This document shows positions 39,515 to 50,600 of a stretch of DNA of 64,000 nucleotides, one piece after another. Source of the DNA: a virus (taxonomy: Duplodnaviria > Caudoviricetes); IMG/VR virus record IMGVR_UViG_3300032030_000005, positions 128,001 through 192,000 of that record; one strand, 5' to 3'. The notes under the pieces were generated by a model, which ran no database searches, was not told the DNA's origin, and saw only the letters and a list, made by a program, of their open reading frames with translations. Made by a program: the position numbers and the translations under genes. Position 1 is the first letter of the stretch, and every line of letters begins with the position of its first letter.

Positions 39515-40678
39515 GTGTCTACATTTTTTAATGATGAAATATATCCTATGATTAGTTCAAATGATAGTCAATCTATTGCTAAACAATTTGAAGCTTATGT
39601 GCAAAAATATATGGATAAAAATTCAGAAGTATTATTCCATAATATTCCTAGTAAACGATTATTCTTTACACCTAATGATATAAAGTATCCATTTGATTTA
39701 TATCATATTAATGTAAGTGATATTGATAATACGGTTAATAAGATTAAGAAGACTAAGGAATGTTATGGTGTTATTAACCAAGTTAACTTCCCATTAAACT
39801 TTTTAATGGTTAATATTATAAGATATTATCATTTAAAGAACAATCAGGCTGCTATGCAAGCTGCATTAATGTATTTGACACTATATCAATATGCTGCTTT
39901 ACATGCTAAGTATTTCCAGAAATTCTTACCTAATGAAGATTGTATGCAGTTTACATTTAATAGAGTATCTGATAAATATTACTTTAGAAAATATCAATCA
40001 GTATTCAAAGCTATATTTGCCACTGTTATTAATGCTCATGAAACACAAAAGAAATCACTAGAATCTAAAAATGATATGGATATATTAAGTTATCTTCTTG
40101 CTATAAGAACAAGACTTAATAACCAGATGAAAGCTTTTGTTAATGAGTATATGAATGACTTTAATAGTAAGAAATATCTTAAATTACAACAAGATAGTAA
40201 TGATGAAGAAAATTATTATGAAACATCAAATCAATCAGCTGAAATGGTTAATATAGTTAATAAAGCTTTTAATAAGTTTAATACACAGAAACTTGATCCG
40301 GTAATATTAAGAACTGCTTGCGGTATATGTAAAGCAGAACAGAGTGTAATGAAATTAGCACTTGAGAATATTAAAGATAATGAATTAGAATCTATTAGAA
40401 TTTTATTATTATCAATCGTTCAGTTATACATCTATAATGAAAATAATAATATAAATGAAATCGGATCACAGAAATTTGTTACTTATATGATAAGTTCATA
40501 TAGTAAGTCTAATAGTAGAAATGATATTAGCTTAAGTATCAAGGAGACTTTAGATAAATTCTTAACTAAGTACTGTAATAGATATTCTAATACAGAAAGA
40601 GAAGCCACTAAGGTTATATATAGGAAAGCTTGCTATATTTACTTTATATTACTTATTAATAAATCTTATAATGAATAA
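39515..40678 (+). CDS. Hypothetical late protein, possibly virion
   Basis: GAGGTG RBS before GTG 39515; late motif 39476. Confidence 0.6.
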   Translation: MSTFFNDEIYPMISSNDSQSIAKQFEAYVQKYMDKNSEVLFHNIPSKRLFFTPNDIKYPFDLYHINVSDIDNTVNKIKKTKECYGVINQVNFPLNFLMVNIIRYYHLKNNQAAMQAALMYLTLYQYAALHAKYFQKFLPNEDCMQFTFNRVSDKYYFRKYQSVFKAIFATVINAHETQKKSLESKNDMDILSYLLAIRTRLNNQMKAFVNEYMNDFNSKKYLKLQQDSNDEENYYETSNQSAEMVNIVNKAFNKFNTQKLDPVILRTACGICKAEQSVMKLALENIKDNELESIRILLLSIVQLYIYNENNNINEIGSQKFVTYMISSYSKSNSRNDISLSIKETLDKFLTKYCNRYSNTEREATKVIYRKACYIYFILLINKSYNE

Positions 40679-40686
40679 GAAAGGAA

Positions 40687-40968
40687 ATGATGAAGATGAA
40701 CAGATATGATGAAATATTTATGGAAGGCTATTATGATGGATTAGCTGCTATTGAAGAAACACCTAAGTGTGATTGCAATCTTAGTAAGAAAGCTAAAATT
40801 AAAGCTAGAGCTACTAGACAGCAAGCAGAAGCTAATGATAGATATTTACAATTAAAGTCTGGAAGAACTGCTAATATTAGAAAGAGATTTGATTATGATA
40901 AGTTTAATCATAACTTCAATCCTAGATCTACAACAGAATATAATTTAAATGAAGAAGAAGATATTTAA
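40687..40968 (+). CDS. Small protein with the YDEIFMEGYYDG leader and a basic cargo
   Basis: N-terminus matches the leader of 13985/15071/16471; cotranscribed with a late gene. Confidence 0.65.
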   Translation: MMKMNRYDEIFMEGYYDGLAAIEETPKCDCNLSKKAKIKARATRQQAEANDRYLQLKSGRTANIRKRFDYDKFNHNFNPRSTTEYNLNEEEDI

Positions 40969-40976
40969 AAAAAAAT

Positions 40977-41006
40977 ATCCCTAAAGACTATAATGTCTTT
41001 AGGGAT
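40977..41006. terminator. Bidirectional CCCTAAAG hairpin terminator
   Basis: ATCCCTAAAGAC-tataat-GTCTTTAGGGAT between convergent genes. Confidence 0.8.
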
Positions 41007-41010
41007 TTAT

Positions 41011-41577
41011 TTATTCTAGATTTTTTATCAAATCAAATTCAATTATTGGTCTATCATCACTAATTTCAAGGCATAACAGATCTATTTTAAAACTTTTACG
41101 CCTATTAGTAGAATTAAGTATAACTGGATAGCTTAAAGTAATTCTATCTCCTTTTTTAAAAGTATATTTTAAATCCAAAATTTCCTTAGTCTTTTCACAT
41201 TCATAGTGGAATCTATAATATTTATTAATATTTGGAGATTTGATTCTTATGGTGTCCAAACAATCACACCATATTAATATATCATATAAATCTTCGACTG
41301 CCATTTTTCGATCTATATTAATAGTTATGTCTAAATATTTCTTAAATCCATTACAATCACAATTATCAATACCAATAATACATTCTTTTATTAATTTTCT
41401 TAATTCTTCCATATTCTTTATATGATGTGAATCTTTCTGTAAAGAGATCGTTCTTAATACAGAAGAATTTATATTTAGATTATTGCAAATCTTATCTTTT
41501 AATTCATTACAAAGAGATACATAACGACGTTCAAAATAAATATCTTTTACATGTTCAATATTATGAAGTTTTTCCAT
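41011..41577 (-). CDS. Hypothetical protein, tandem paralogue family
   Basis: C-terminus RPIIEFDLIKNLE. Confidence 0.6.
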   Translation of the reverse strand: MEKLHNIEHVKDIYFERRYVSLCNELKDKICNNLNINSSVLRTISLQKDSHHIKNMEELRKLIKECIIGIDNCDCNGFKKYLDITINIDRKMAVEDLYDILIWCDCLDTIRIKSPNINKYYRFHYECEKTKEILDLKYTFKKGDRITLSYPVILNSTNRRKSFKIDLLCLEISDDRPIIEFDLIKNLE

Positions 41578-41592
41578 TGAAGTATAACTCCT

Positions 41593-42054
41593 TTATTCTA
41601 AGTTATTATATAATATGAATTCTGTATAACGATTTTCACCAACTAAATTGATATTAATCGTTTGTATTTTTGTATTATTAAAAATGATTTCTACAGAATC
41701 CTTTTCCTCCATTATAAATGTTTTAGGAATATTACTATATGAAATAATATTTCCATTAACAGTTATAATTACGTTATTTAAATTATTTCTTTTAGGACTA
41801 GGATTAGTAGTAGATACTAATAATATATAACTTGCTATAAAATTTCTGATTTGTTCGGTGGCATATTCGCCTTTAAATCTTATTACAAAGTTATTTATTT
41901 TATATCGGATTATATTATTGAGACAAGTATAATATAAAGAAGACGAATCACACTTATTAATTACGTCACCTCCAATGATATCTAAGCAATCAAATCTTTC
42001 TTCCGTATTATATATCTCTGAGTCAATATAACCTAGATAGTCTAACTCTTCCAT
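41593..42054 (-). CDS. Hypothetical protein, tandem paralogue family
   Basis: C-terminus RYTEFILYNNLE. Confidence 0.6.
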   Translation of the reverse strand: MEELDYLGYIDSEIYNTEERFDCLDIIGGDVINKCDSSSLYYTCLNNIIRYKINNFVIRFKGEYATEQIRNFIASYILLVSTTNPSPKRNNLNNVIITVNGNIISYSNIPKTFIMEEKDSVEIIFNNTKIQTININLVGENRYTEFILYNNLE

Positions 42055-42091
42055 TGTTAATATTTTAGTATTAATGGCTAGTCATCTCCTC

Positions 42092-42535
42092 TTAACTTAA
42101 AGAATTAGCTAACATAAATTCAGCAACTCTTACTTCATCATCTAAATGAATTTTCACTTCTTTAAGTAAAAATCCATCAAAAATATATTCTATATTTTCA
42201 GTACTTTTAAACTGAAAGTCTGGATGCGGACCAATTGTTGTATGACCATTAACAGTCATTTTTGTGTTATCATCCCCTCTATACATCATAAATGATTTGC
42301 AGATTAATTTCATAAATGTTCCTCCTTGAAAGTCACAAGTTGTTATAATTCTTAAAGGATCATTAGATCTTACTAAAGCGTCTATTAAATCAATGAGTTT
42401 AAATTCATCATCATAAACCGAATATAGATCGGAAGCTAAATAAAATACCGAATATGTAGGTTTAATTCTACCACGTATAATAGGTGGTATATCCTTCCTA
42501 TCATTTATGAAATAATAATTACTTTTTATCTTCAT
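42092..42535 (-). CDS. Hypothetical protein, tandem paralogue family
   Basis: C-terminus RVAEFMLANSLS. Confidence 0.6.
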   Translation of the reverse strand: MKIKSNYYFINDRKDIPPIIRGRIKPTYSVFYLASDLYSVYDDEFKLIDLIDALVRSNDPLRIITTCDFQGGTFMKLICKSFMMYRGDDNTKMTVNGHTTIGPHPDFQFKSTENIEYIFDGFLLKEVKIHLDDEVRVAEFMLANSLS

Positions 42536-42553
42536 AATAATACCTCTTAATTT

Positions 42554-43075
42554 TTAATTCTCCAAATTATTATACAGTAAAAGTTCAGAAACTCTTGCAT
42601 CATTATTTAGATGAATAATTACTCCTAAAAGTTCTTCTTTTAGAAATTTATATTCTATATATTCGCCTTTTTCAAACTTAAAATCATCTGCTATTTTATT
42701 TACCTTTTTATTACTAGCATATATTTGTAAATTACTTATAAAATCAGCAGCCATTTCTAATATGGTGTGATATATATCTTTAATAATTTCTGATGTTTCA
42801 TCTTCATCAGTTACAGTTATTATTTTGAATATACTATATTCACAATGTAAAACCATTTTATAAATAAATGATCTTAATTCTAGTCTTGAATCAAAACCAT
42901 CATAATCAGCATATGAAAGTTTATTATCAAAAACAAAAATATCATACTTTTGTAAGTCACTAATAAGTTCTTTATTTTCATCCCTATACAATACTAAAGT
43001 TAGATCTAAAAAACTAACTCTTTTTGGTTTAATAAATAAATTATCTTTATATTTTTCTAATTCTCTATCTTCCAT
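42554..43075 (-). CDS. Hypothetical protein, tandem paralogue family
   Basis: C-terminus RVSELLLYNNLEN. Confidence 0.6.
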   Translation of the reverse strand: MEDRELEKYKDNLFIKPKRVSFLDLTLVLYRDENKELISDLQKYDIFVFDNKLSYADYDGFDSRLELRSFIYKMVLHCEYSIFKIITVTDEDETSEIIKDIYHTILEMAADFISNLQIYASNKKVNKIADDFKFEKGEYIEYKFLKEELLGVIIHLNNDARVSELLLYNNLEN

Positions 43076-43084
43076 TTTAACCTC

Positions 43085-43576
43085 CTAAATGTAAGAATAT
43101 CTATCTCCGTCTAATGTATTTAATAGATAAAGTTCAGCCTTTCCAGCCTCTGTTAAATCCAAATGTATATGTATTATATGTCCATCAGCATAAGTTATAT
43201 ACATTTTTTCATCTTTTTTAAAGGCATAATCTGCATCCAGATATGGTATTGGTATCATTAGTGGATCTTTATTAATAGTGATTTTTAGATATTCACTAAA
43301 AAGATTAAATATATTTGCAGTTATATCTATATCAAGATTAACACCTTCAATGTTTTTTAATAGAAATTTAGCACTGAAGCCATAATTATCTTCATAATTT
43401 GAATATGCCACAGTTTGTATAAAATTACTATTAAAATACTCAATCATCTTTTTATTTTCTAATACATAAAGATCTGCCTTTGGCACTTTAAAATTATATT
43501 TATACATGTAATTCATCATTGACTCTGGATAATTACCAAAATTAAATACTGACATATTTATAACACTTCCTTTCAT
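43085..43576 (-). CDS. Hypothetical protein, tandem paralogue family
   Basis: C-terminus KAELYLLNTLD; early-like motif at 43581. Confidence 0.6.
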   Translation of the reverse strand: MKGSVINMSVFNFGNYPESMMNYMYKYNFKVPKADLYVLENKKMIEYFNSNFIQTVAYSNYEDNYGFSAKFLLKNIEGVNLDIDITANIFNLFSEYLKITINKDPLMIPIPYLDADYAFKKDEKMYITYADGHIIHIHLDLTEAGKAELYLLNTLDGDRYSYI

Positions 43577-43668
43577 GGTTATAATATATGCTTAAAATAT
43601 TAAATTAAAATAGTTAATTCAACAAACATTTATATTTTTGTACTATTTTATATAAAGAGGTGTATTTT

Positions 43669-44598
43669 ATGAAACGATTAACTGATTCAGCTATATTCTC
43701 TAAGTTAATTAATAATGGTGAATTAATTAAGAAGATGAAATTAATAGTATCTCAGAACGGTATTACTTTATTAACACCAAAAGATTTAGAGATTCCTTAT
43801 GCTGATATAAATAAAAGAATTAAATATTCAACTAAACAGCCTATCATGAATATGGTTGCTAAGGGAACTATTGTTCCATTTAGAGATGTCGCTACTAAGA
43901 CTCCTTCATATCTTCCAACTGTAACCGGTAAGGGAACTAACGGTGACTATGTAATATATGTTAACCTTGAAAGATATATGAATAGTTCTGGAGAGATTTA
44001 TCCTAAGACATTATTTGCTTTACTTCAGGAAGCCATGGTATCTTATGAATTTGCTAAAAAGTGGGATGTATATACAAACAATCTTGACTTTGTAAAGGAT
44101 ATTAGCTTTATATATTCAAGAATTACTACAAAGATATTAGATAAAGTATTTGCATTAGACTTAGATACCTTTAATTCAGATTTACTTTCATTCATTTTTG
44201 CAAAGTTCTGCATTATTAATATGTGTGAAAGAACTGATAATGATTTAAATGATAATATTGCTTATAAATGTTGTTTTAATAAGTCATCATTAGATATGAT
44301 TAAACAAGAAGAAGAATCTATTAGTCCTAATAGATATAATTCATTCTTTGAATTAATTGATGCCATTAAAGAGATTAAGACAATTAAGAATATTAATTTA
44401 AGAACGTTTGTAGAAAACTTTACTCGTATGTATGGTGAAAGTAGCTTATTAGCGTTAGACTATTTACCAGCTTTAATGCAAGTATTAACAAGTACAGCTA
44501 TTGGTGGTGGATTAACTAAGGACTATATGTACGAAAGTGTTGCAGGTAGATATATTGATAATCTATATATTACTTTCTCAAAATTAATTACTTATTAA
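43669..44598 (+). CDS. Hypothetical late protein, probably structural or assembly
   Basis: GAGGTG RBS; AACA-N6-TA at 43621; first gene of the operon with the giant protein. Confidence 0.6.
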   Translation: MKRLTDSAIFSKLINNGELIKKMKLIVSQNGITLLTPKDLEIPYADINKRIKYSTKQPIMNMVAKGTIVPFRDVATKTPSYLPTVTGKGTNGDYVIYVNLERYMNSSGEIYPKTLFALLQEAMVSYEFAKKWDVYTNNLDFVKDISFIYSRITTKILDKVFALDLDTFNSDLLSFIFAKFCIINMCERTDNDLNDNIAYKCCFNKSSLDMIKQEEESISPNRYNSFFELIDAIKEIKTIKNINLRTFVENFTRMYGESSLLALDYLPALMQVLTSTAIGGGLTKDYMYESVAGRYIDNLYITFSKLITY

Positions 44599-44623
44599 TA
44601 ATTAATAGGAGGTGTAAGATAAC

Positions 44624-47600
44624 ATGAGTAATAAAAAAGATGGTATCTTTTCACTTATCGATGAAAAGAATTTTAGTTATAGAAACTATAATAATGAAAC
44701 CGATCACTATACTTATAAAATAGATAAAATTTTTAATTACGACAGTTATCTTTTCGTCCTTTTTAGTAAGTTATACTTAGAAAATAAATTGATAGGTGAT
44801 TCCGTAACAAGGAATCACCTTTATTTAATAACTATTGAAAAGAATGGAAGGGAAATAACTGATACTACGGCTTTAGAAAAAGAATTATTTGAATTAATAG
44901 ACAATAATAAAGTAGTAGATTTATATGCTGGTAAGTATAAAGCTACTATTATTATAAATAATTCTGCTTTTAATGCTACTATTTCTAAGATTACTTCCGA
45001 TCCTGCAGAAGGTAATCCTTGGGCTAGAGTATATAGAAAGTTAAAGGCGACTTCAGATTTAACAGAAGTTTCATTTAAAAAGATTAATACAAATCTCAAT
45101 GATACTGTACATATTATAGATGATGAGCCAATTACTATCACTAATGAAAAAGATGAATATACATATGCAGACATAGATCAATTCATTACATTATATCATA
45201 ATATACCAACTAATAATGGTACTATAGACATGTATGGTACAAATTCAGGAAGAATTGGTATAAATAATATTACATCTAACACTATTACTGAAGAGGAAAG
45301 AGCTCAATTAACAAATATTAATGACTCTAACAGAATGCTTTATAACTATGAATATTATTGGGATAGTTCTATTGAATCTGAAGACTATTCAGTAGACATG
45401 AAGTTCTTTAATCAGTTCTTATATAATAGAGACTACAATGATAATACATTAATGGGTGATATGAATACATTAAAAATATTCCCATATTATGAAAAGAACT
45501 ATTTTGGTGGATTAACTGTTGATGGTCGTACTAGTACTAATATTCATAATTATACTTATAAAGATAAAGCATTTATCACAGATTGTTTATTAACTACAAA
45601 TATAGATGATAACTATATCAATTTTAAATCATTAAATGCTTGTACATCTCAAGAATCAAAGGATATACCAATAGTATTTTTTAATCCATTATTAATGAGT
45701 CAATCAGAATTACTTGAAGTGGATAGTAAATTAATATATCGTGAAGATGATAAAATTATTGATAATTATATATCTACGGATTATAAAACTAAAACTGCAA
45801 AATATATGCCATATAGTCTTTACTCTTATTCAAGTAAATATAATACATCTGGTATATTACAATATATTGATATAACGGCTGAAATGACAAATGTATTAAC
45901 TTCATTAGAAGTTAAAAATTATTTACAGCCTATAAAAGTATTCTATAATTATTATTTTTTATATGATCCGACAACACATAAGCTTGAACAAAGAAAACTT
46001 TTAAGTAAAATTCACTTTAATAATGAAGATATTAAAATAGAAACGGATTTTGACTGGGTAAATGCTAGTATCTCTAAAATTACTATTAATGAAACAACTG
46101 TTAATATAGAACATTCAACAATAGAAATGAATTATCGTTTAGCTTTCTTTACTGATAGTTTTAATGAAATTTTAGCAGGTAATAATATCTTTATTCTTCC
46201 TAGATTAGATCCAATAACATATAATGACTTATTAGATGATAAGAATTCTCAAGAAAATGCTATGGTTTGTTATATAGAAGAAGTAGATATGAGTTCTGTA
46301 GATAATTCAACATTACCATTCTATACAATTAAACAATACGTGTATAATAGTGCAGATCATGAATGGACATTAGATGATGATATTATAATGATGATTATTC
46401 CAAAGGATTCTAATTGTAATATTAAAATGAATAATTTAAGAATGAACGTTCCAACAACAAGTTCAAATATTAGTGGTTGTAGAGTTGAACGTTTTAAATA
46501 TTATGATCCTAATGAAATAGGTGTATGGGCAGAATTAGATAAACAAACTACAGATGAAACTTTCTTCTATATGAATAATCCGTTAATTAAGAAAGATACA
46601 AAAACATTTATTAATGCAACTTCTGTAGACAATGTATTTTATAATACAAATAATACAACATCTGTTAAATATACAAATAATACGTCTGTGTATAATATAG
46701 AAAGAGAATTAAATGATCTTTATCCAAATGTATCTTATGATAGTCAATTAGTAAACTTTAATAATTTTGGTAAAGATAATAAATACAAGAATACTTCTTT
46801 ACCAGCTTATTTAGTTGATATAGACGGTGAAGGAACATTCTATGATGGTAGATTATTATATAATAATGAAAATGATAATGAGAAAAAATTAAGAAATAAC
46901 TATAATACTACATTTGAAAATATTGTTAATCATTATATGACTGTACCTGGACGTTCTCCATTTGATCGTTTTGAAGAAGTACTTAAAGAATTAAATCCAT
47001 TATTTAACATTAATAAGACTTATTTATATCTTATTTCAAAAGGTGTTAATTGTTCGGGCATATATTATAATACAAGTGGTGTTATAAATACTACAACTGA
47101 TACTTTAGAGTCTGATAAATATTTTATTTTAGATAGAATTAATATATCTAATTTAAAAGAGTTTTCAAAATTAGCAAATATTACATTAGAAAATATAGAG
47201 GATATAACACTTAAAACTAATTATCCAATATATTATAAATTTGAAGATATAACTATTAAAACTATAGCAAATTATTATCAAAGTCTTCTTGAATTATTAA
47301 TTCGTATATCGGCAGATGATAGTATAGAATTATTATTTACTAACAATGAATACGATATGAGTACAACAATAATGAATTCTTTAACAATGAAAACATCTGT
47401 TAAACCATTCGAAAGTATTAATGCTGCATACATTTTAAGTAGACATTATTTTTATGATGGAGCTGTTTCTATTAAAGATCTTATTACATTTGGTATTAGA
47501 GATAATCATTTAATATATGAAGGTATATATAATGAAGAAAATAAATATATCTTAAGAAATAAATTTATCAAATCTAGTAGAGAAATAGATCCTCAAAATC

Positions 47601-50600
47601 AGTCAGATCATGATTTTGTTGAGCCATATTATTGGACTGATACTAATATGAAGCAAGTAAAAAATAATAATCCATTTATTGTTGACACTAATAGGATATA
47701 TTCAAGAGGATATAACTTTAATGAATTTGAATCTAATGGTGTTCCTAAATTAAATGCATATGGTATTTCTGAAGGTTATTTTAGATCTCAAAAGACAGCG
47801 TCTGAATATTTTGAAGACAATAACATTAGTTGTTTAATTAATGTAAACTTAGCAGATGATGTTATTGAAATATATCATACTAAACATACAATAACTGAAA
47901 CTGTTGATCACACTTTATTATTAAATCCAGATATTCCGGCAATTTTCTTAGATGAAGTAAAAAATAATGCTTCAACTAATTCTATTACAAATCAAACATT
48001 TATGGAATTAGCATTTAGCGGATATGGAAATAGTGGTAGCAGTTCTTGCAAAATATGTGCTACTTTATTAGCTCAAGTTGCAGTATTAGAGCAGCTTGAT
48101 AAATTCTATCTTGTTGATAGAAATAATAAAATGTGTGTATATATTGTTGAATATACTGTAAATGGTTCAACTTCTTCATTAAGAATCACTAAATTAATGA
48201 ATGAAGCAAAAGTTGTTGATATTATAGCTAATACTTATTATGGTAAATTAGATATAAATTTAACTAATATGAGCACAACCATTACAACTCCAACAACTAC
48301 AGTTCCAGATCTTGGTTTAAGAACTACATATATTAAAGATACTGGTAAGAAATATATCACTATAAATACAAGTAATTTATCATATAGAAAATTAATTACA
48401 CAATCATATAATAATACCACTATTGATAAAATTAAAGCGGCTAGACATATTTCAATAATAACACCTAATAATGAAAAAGTATATTTCCTCGATCCGGATA
48501 AAGACTTTATAGGATTTGTTAGATTTGAAGACTGGGGAGATGTAGCAGATAAGTCAAATTGGGTTAACTATATAAAACCTGAAGATGCATTACCGTATAA
48601 GGTTGCTCATAATAAAGAATTTTATGTCGCAGGAGACGAGTCAATTGATTACATGTATGTAAATATATTAGATGAATCAACAATAACTCAAGATGATATA
48701 AGATTATCTAGCAAGAATTTTATCGAAGACTATTTATTAAATAGAAAAACATATATAACTTATTATACTAAAGTTGGTAATGATATAGCTTATAAATCTA
48801 TAAATAAAGATATAGATGAAAACTTTAATAAATATGTAATGGCTGTAGATTCAAGTCAACTATATATAACAACAAATGATAACTATGTAGATCATCTTAT
48901 AGGTACAAGTACTCCTAGCGAAACATTCTATATGACTTGTCGTTATGGTAAAGTATATGCTAATTTTGATTTGAATAGTATAACTGAAGATGAAAATTTT
49001 AAGAATTTCTTTAATATTACAGGTTATAGATATTTACCTTATACTAATTTCTATTCAACAAAGTTTATCTTTGTAGATGATAGTAATAGTTCTAGAGAAA
49101 GTTCTAAACAAATAGCAGTCTTAAAGAATAATGGTATCGTAACATTAGACGCCCAACAGTTCTTATTAGATCCGGACACTGCTATTTTTAACTTTAAGTT
49201 CTTACATGAAAATAATGATATCTATAAATACTATACAACATTTGAAGATAAACTATATGCTGTAGATGGTCATAAGAAAACATTATCTAATGCACCTAAG
49301 GCTATATATGAAATAGCCTTTGATGAAAATAATTTATTAACGGCAGATATAAATGTTTATATGACAAATGAAGAAATAGATGTTAAATATAATTATATAG
49401 ACTATTTAAATTTATTAGATAATAATATACCTTTCTATAAGATTAATTACAATTATAGCTCTAATAATGAAGATAGTGTACCAAACTATGTTTATTATGC
49501 ATATTCAGTAAATAATACTATTGTAATAGTAAGAACTGTATTATCTGCTGCACCTAGTGCTGGATATGCTGAAATTATGGCTGTATTAAAATTTGAAGAT
49601 AATATTATCTTAACAGGTACGGATACTTTCATAATGGCTATTCAGGATAAATGGACTTATGATTTAGAAGATAAGAAGTATAGATATAAAACAGCTTATA
49701 GTATTTTAAAGTATGAAGATATTATGCAGAATTTATATGAAAATCTTAATTCTGAAAAATCTTCATTATATAATATTACAACAAATCTTACATTTAAAAA
49801 CAATATGCTTGTTTTAAAGGATACTTTAATCGATGATACTTCTATTATTGATGAAAATAAATCAGACTATTATAATACTGTAAATCAAACTGTTATTACT
49901 GATAATTTATTAGAAATTAACAATGTTACATTATATAATATTCATAAATTTGCTGGTTCTACATCTTCTAAAGAAGAATATAGAATCTTTGTATGTAGTA
50001 ATGGCCGTATTTTAGTTTCTAATACTATATTTAATAATACTAATGAAACTGTAGAAATGGTTGATTTCTATACAATAAATGGTAGAGTTAATAATATTTA
50101 TATGGAAACATGTGATGTTGATAATAATGATATCATGTGTGTGGCATCTGATAAAAATGAACTTTATATCTTTAAGAATTTATTTAAAGTAACAAATCCA
50201 GACTATGCTAACGAATATGAAAAGTATTTTGGTGGCGAATTAACAAAGACTTCATTAAAATATAAATATAATTTTAATAATGAAGCTATTGACTTAAAGA
50301 ATGTAACTCCTGATGATGAAAGATCTGCTTATTATAGAGAGACATTAACACCTACTATATTGAATATAGGAAGTTCTATTGATGATATTTCTGTTTGCGA
50401 ACAATATTTAAATACTCTTAATAAGAGTCTCATAAATGTTACAGATAATAAGATAGAATTCGTTAACAGTATTAAATACTTCAAATTATTAAGTAATGCA
50501 TTTATTTCTAATGATATTAATATAGATAATAATAGTATAAATACAGATGGTACTGATGACGAAGATACTTATATTAAATTAGAAAATGTTGCAAATACAT

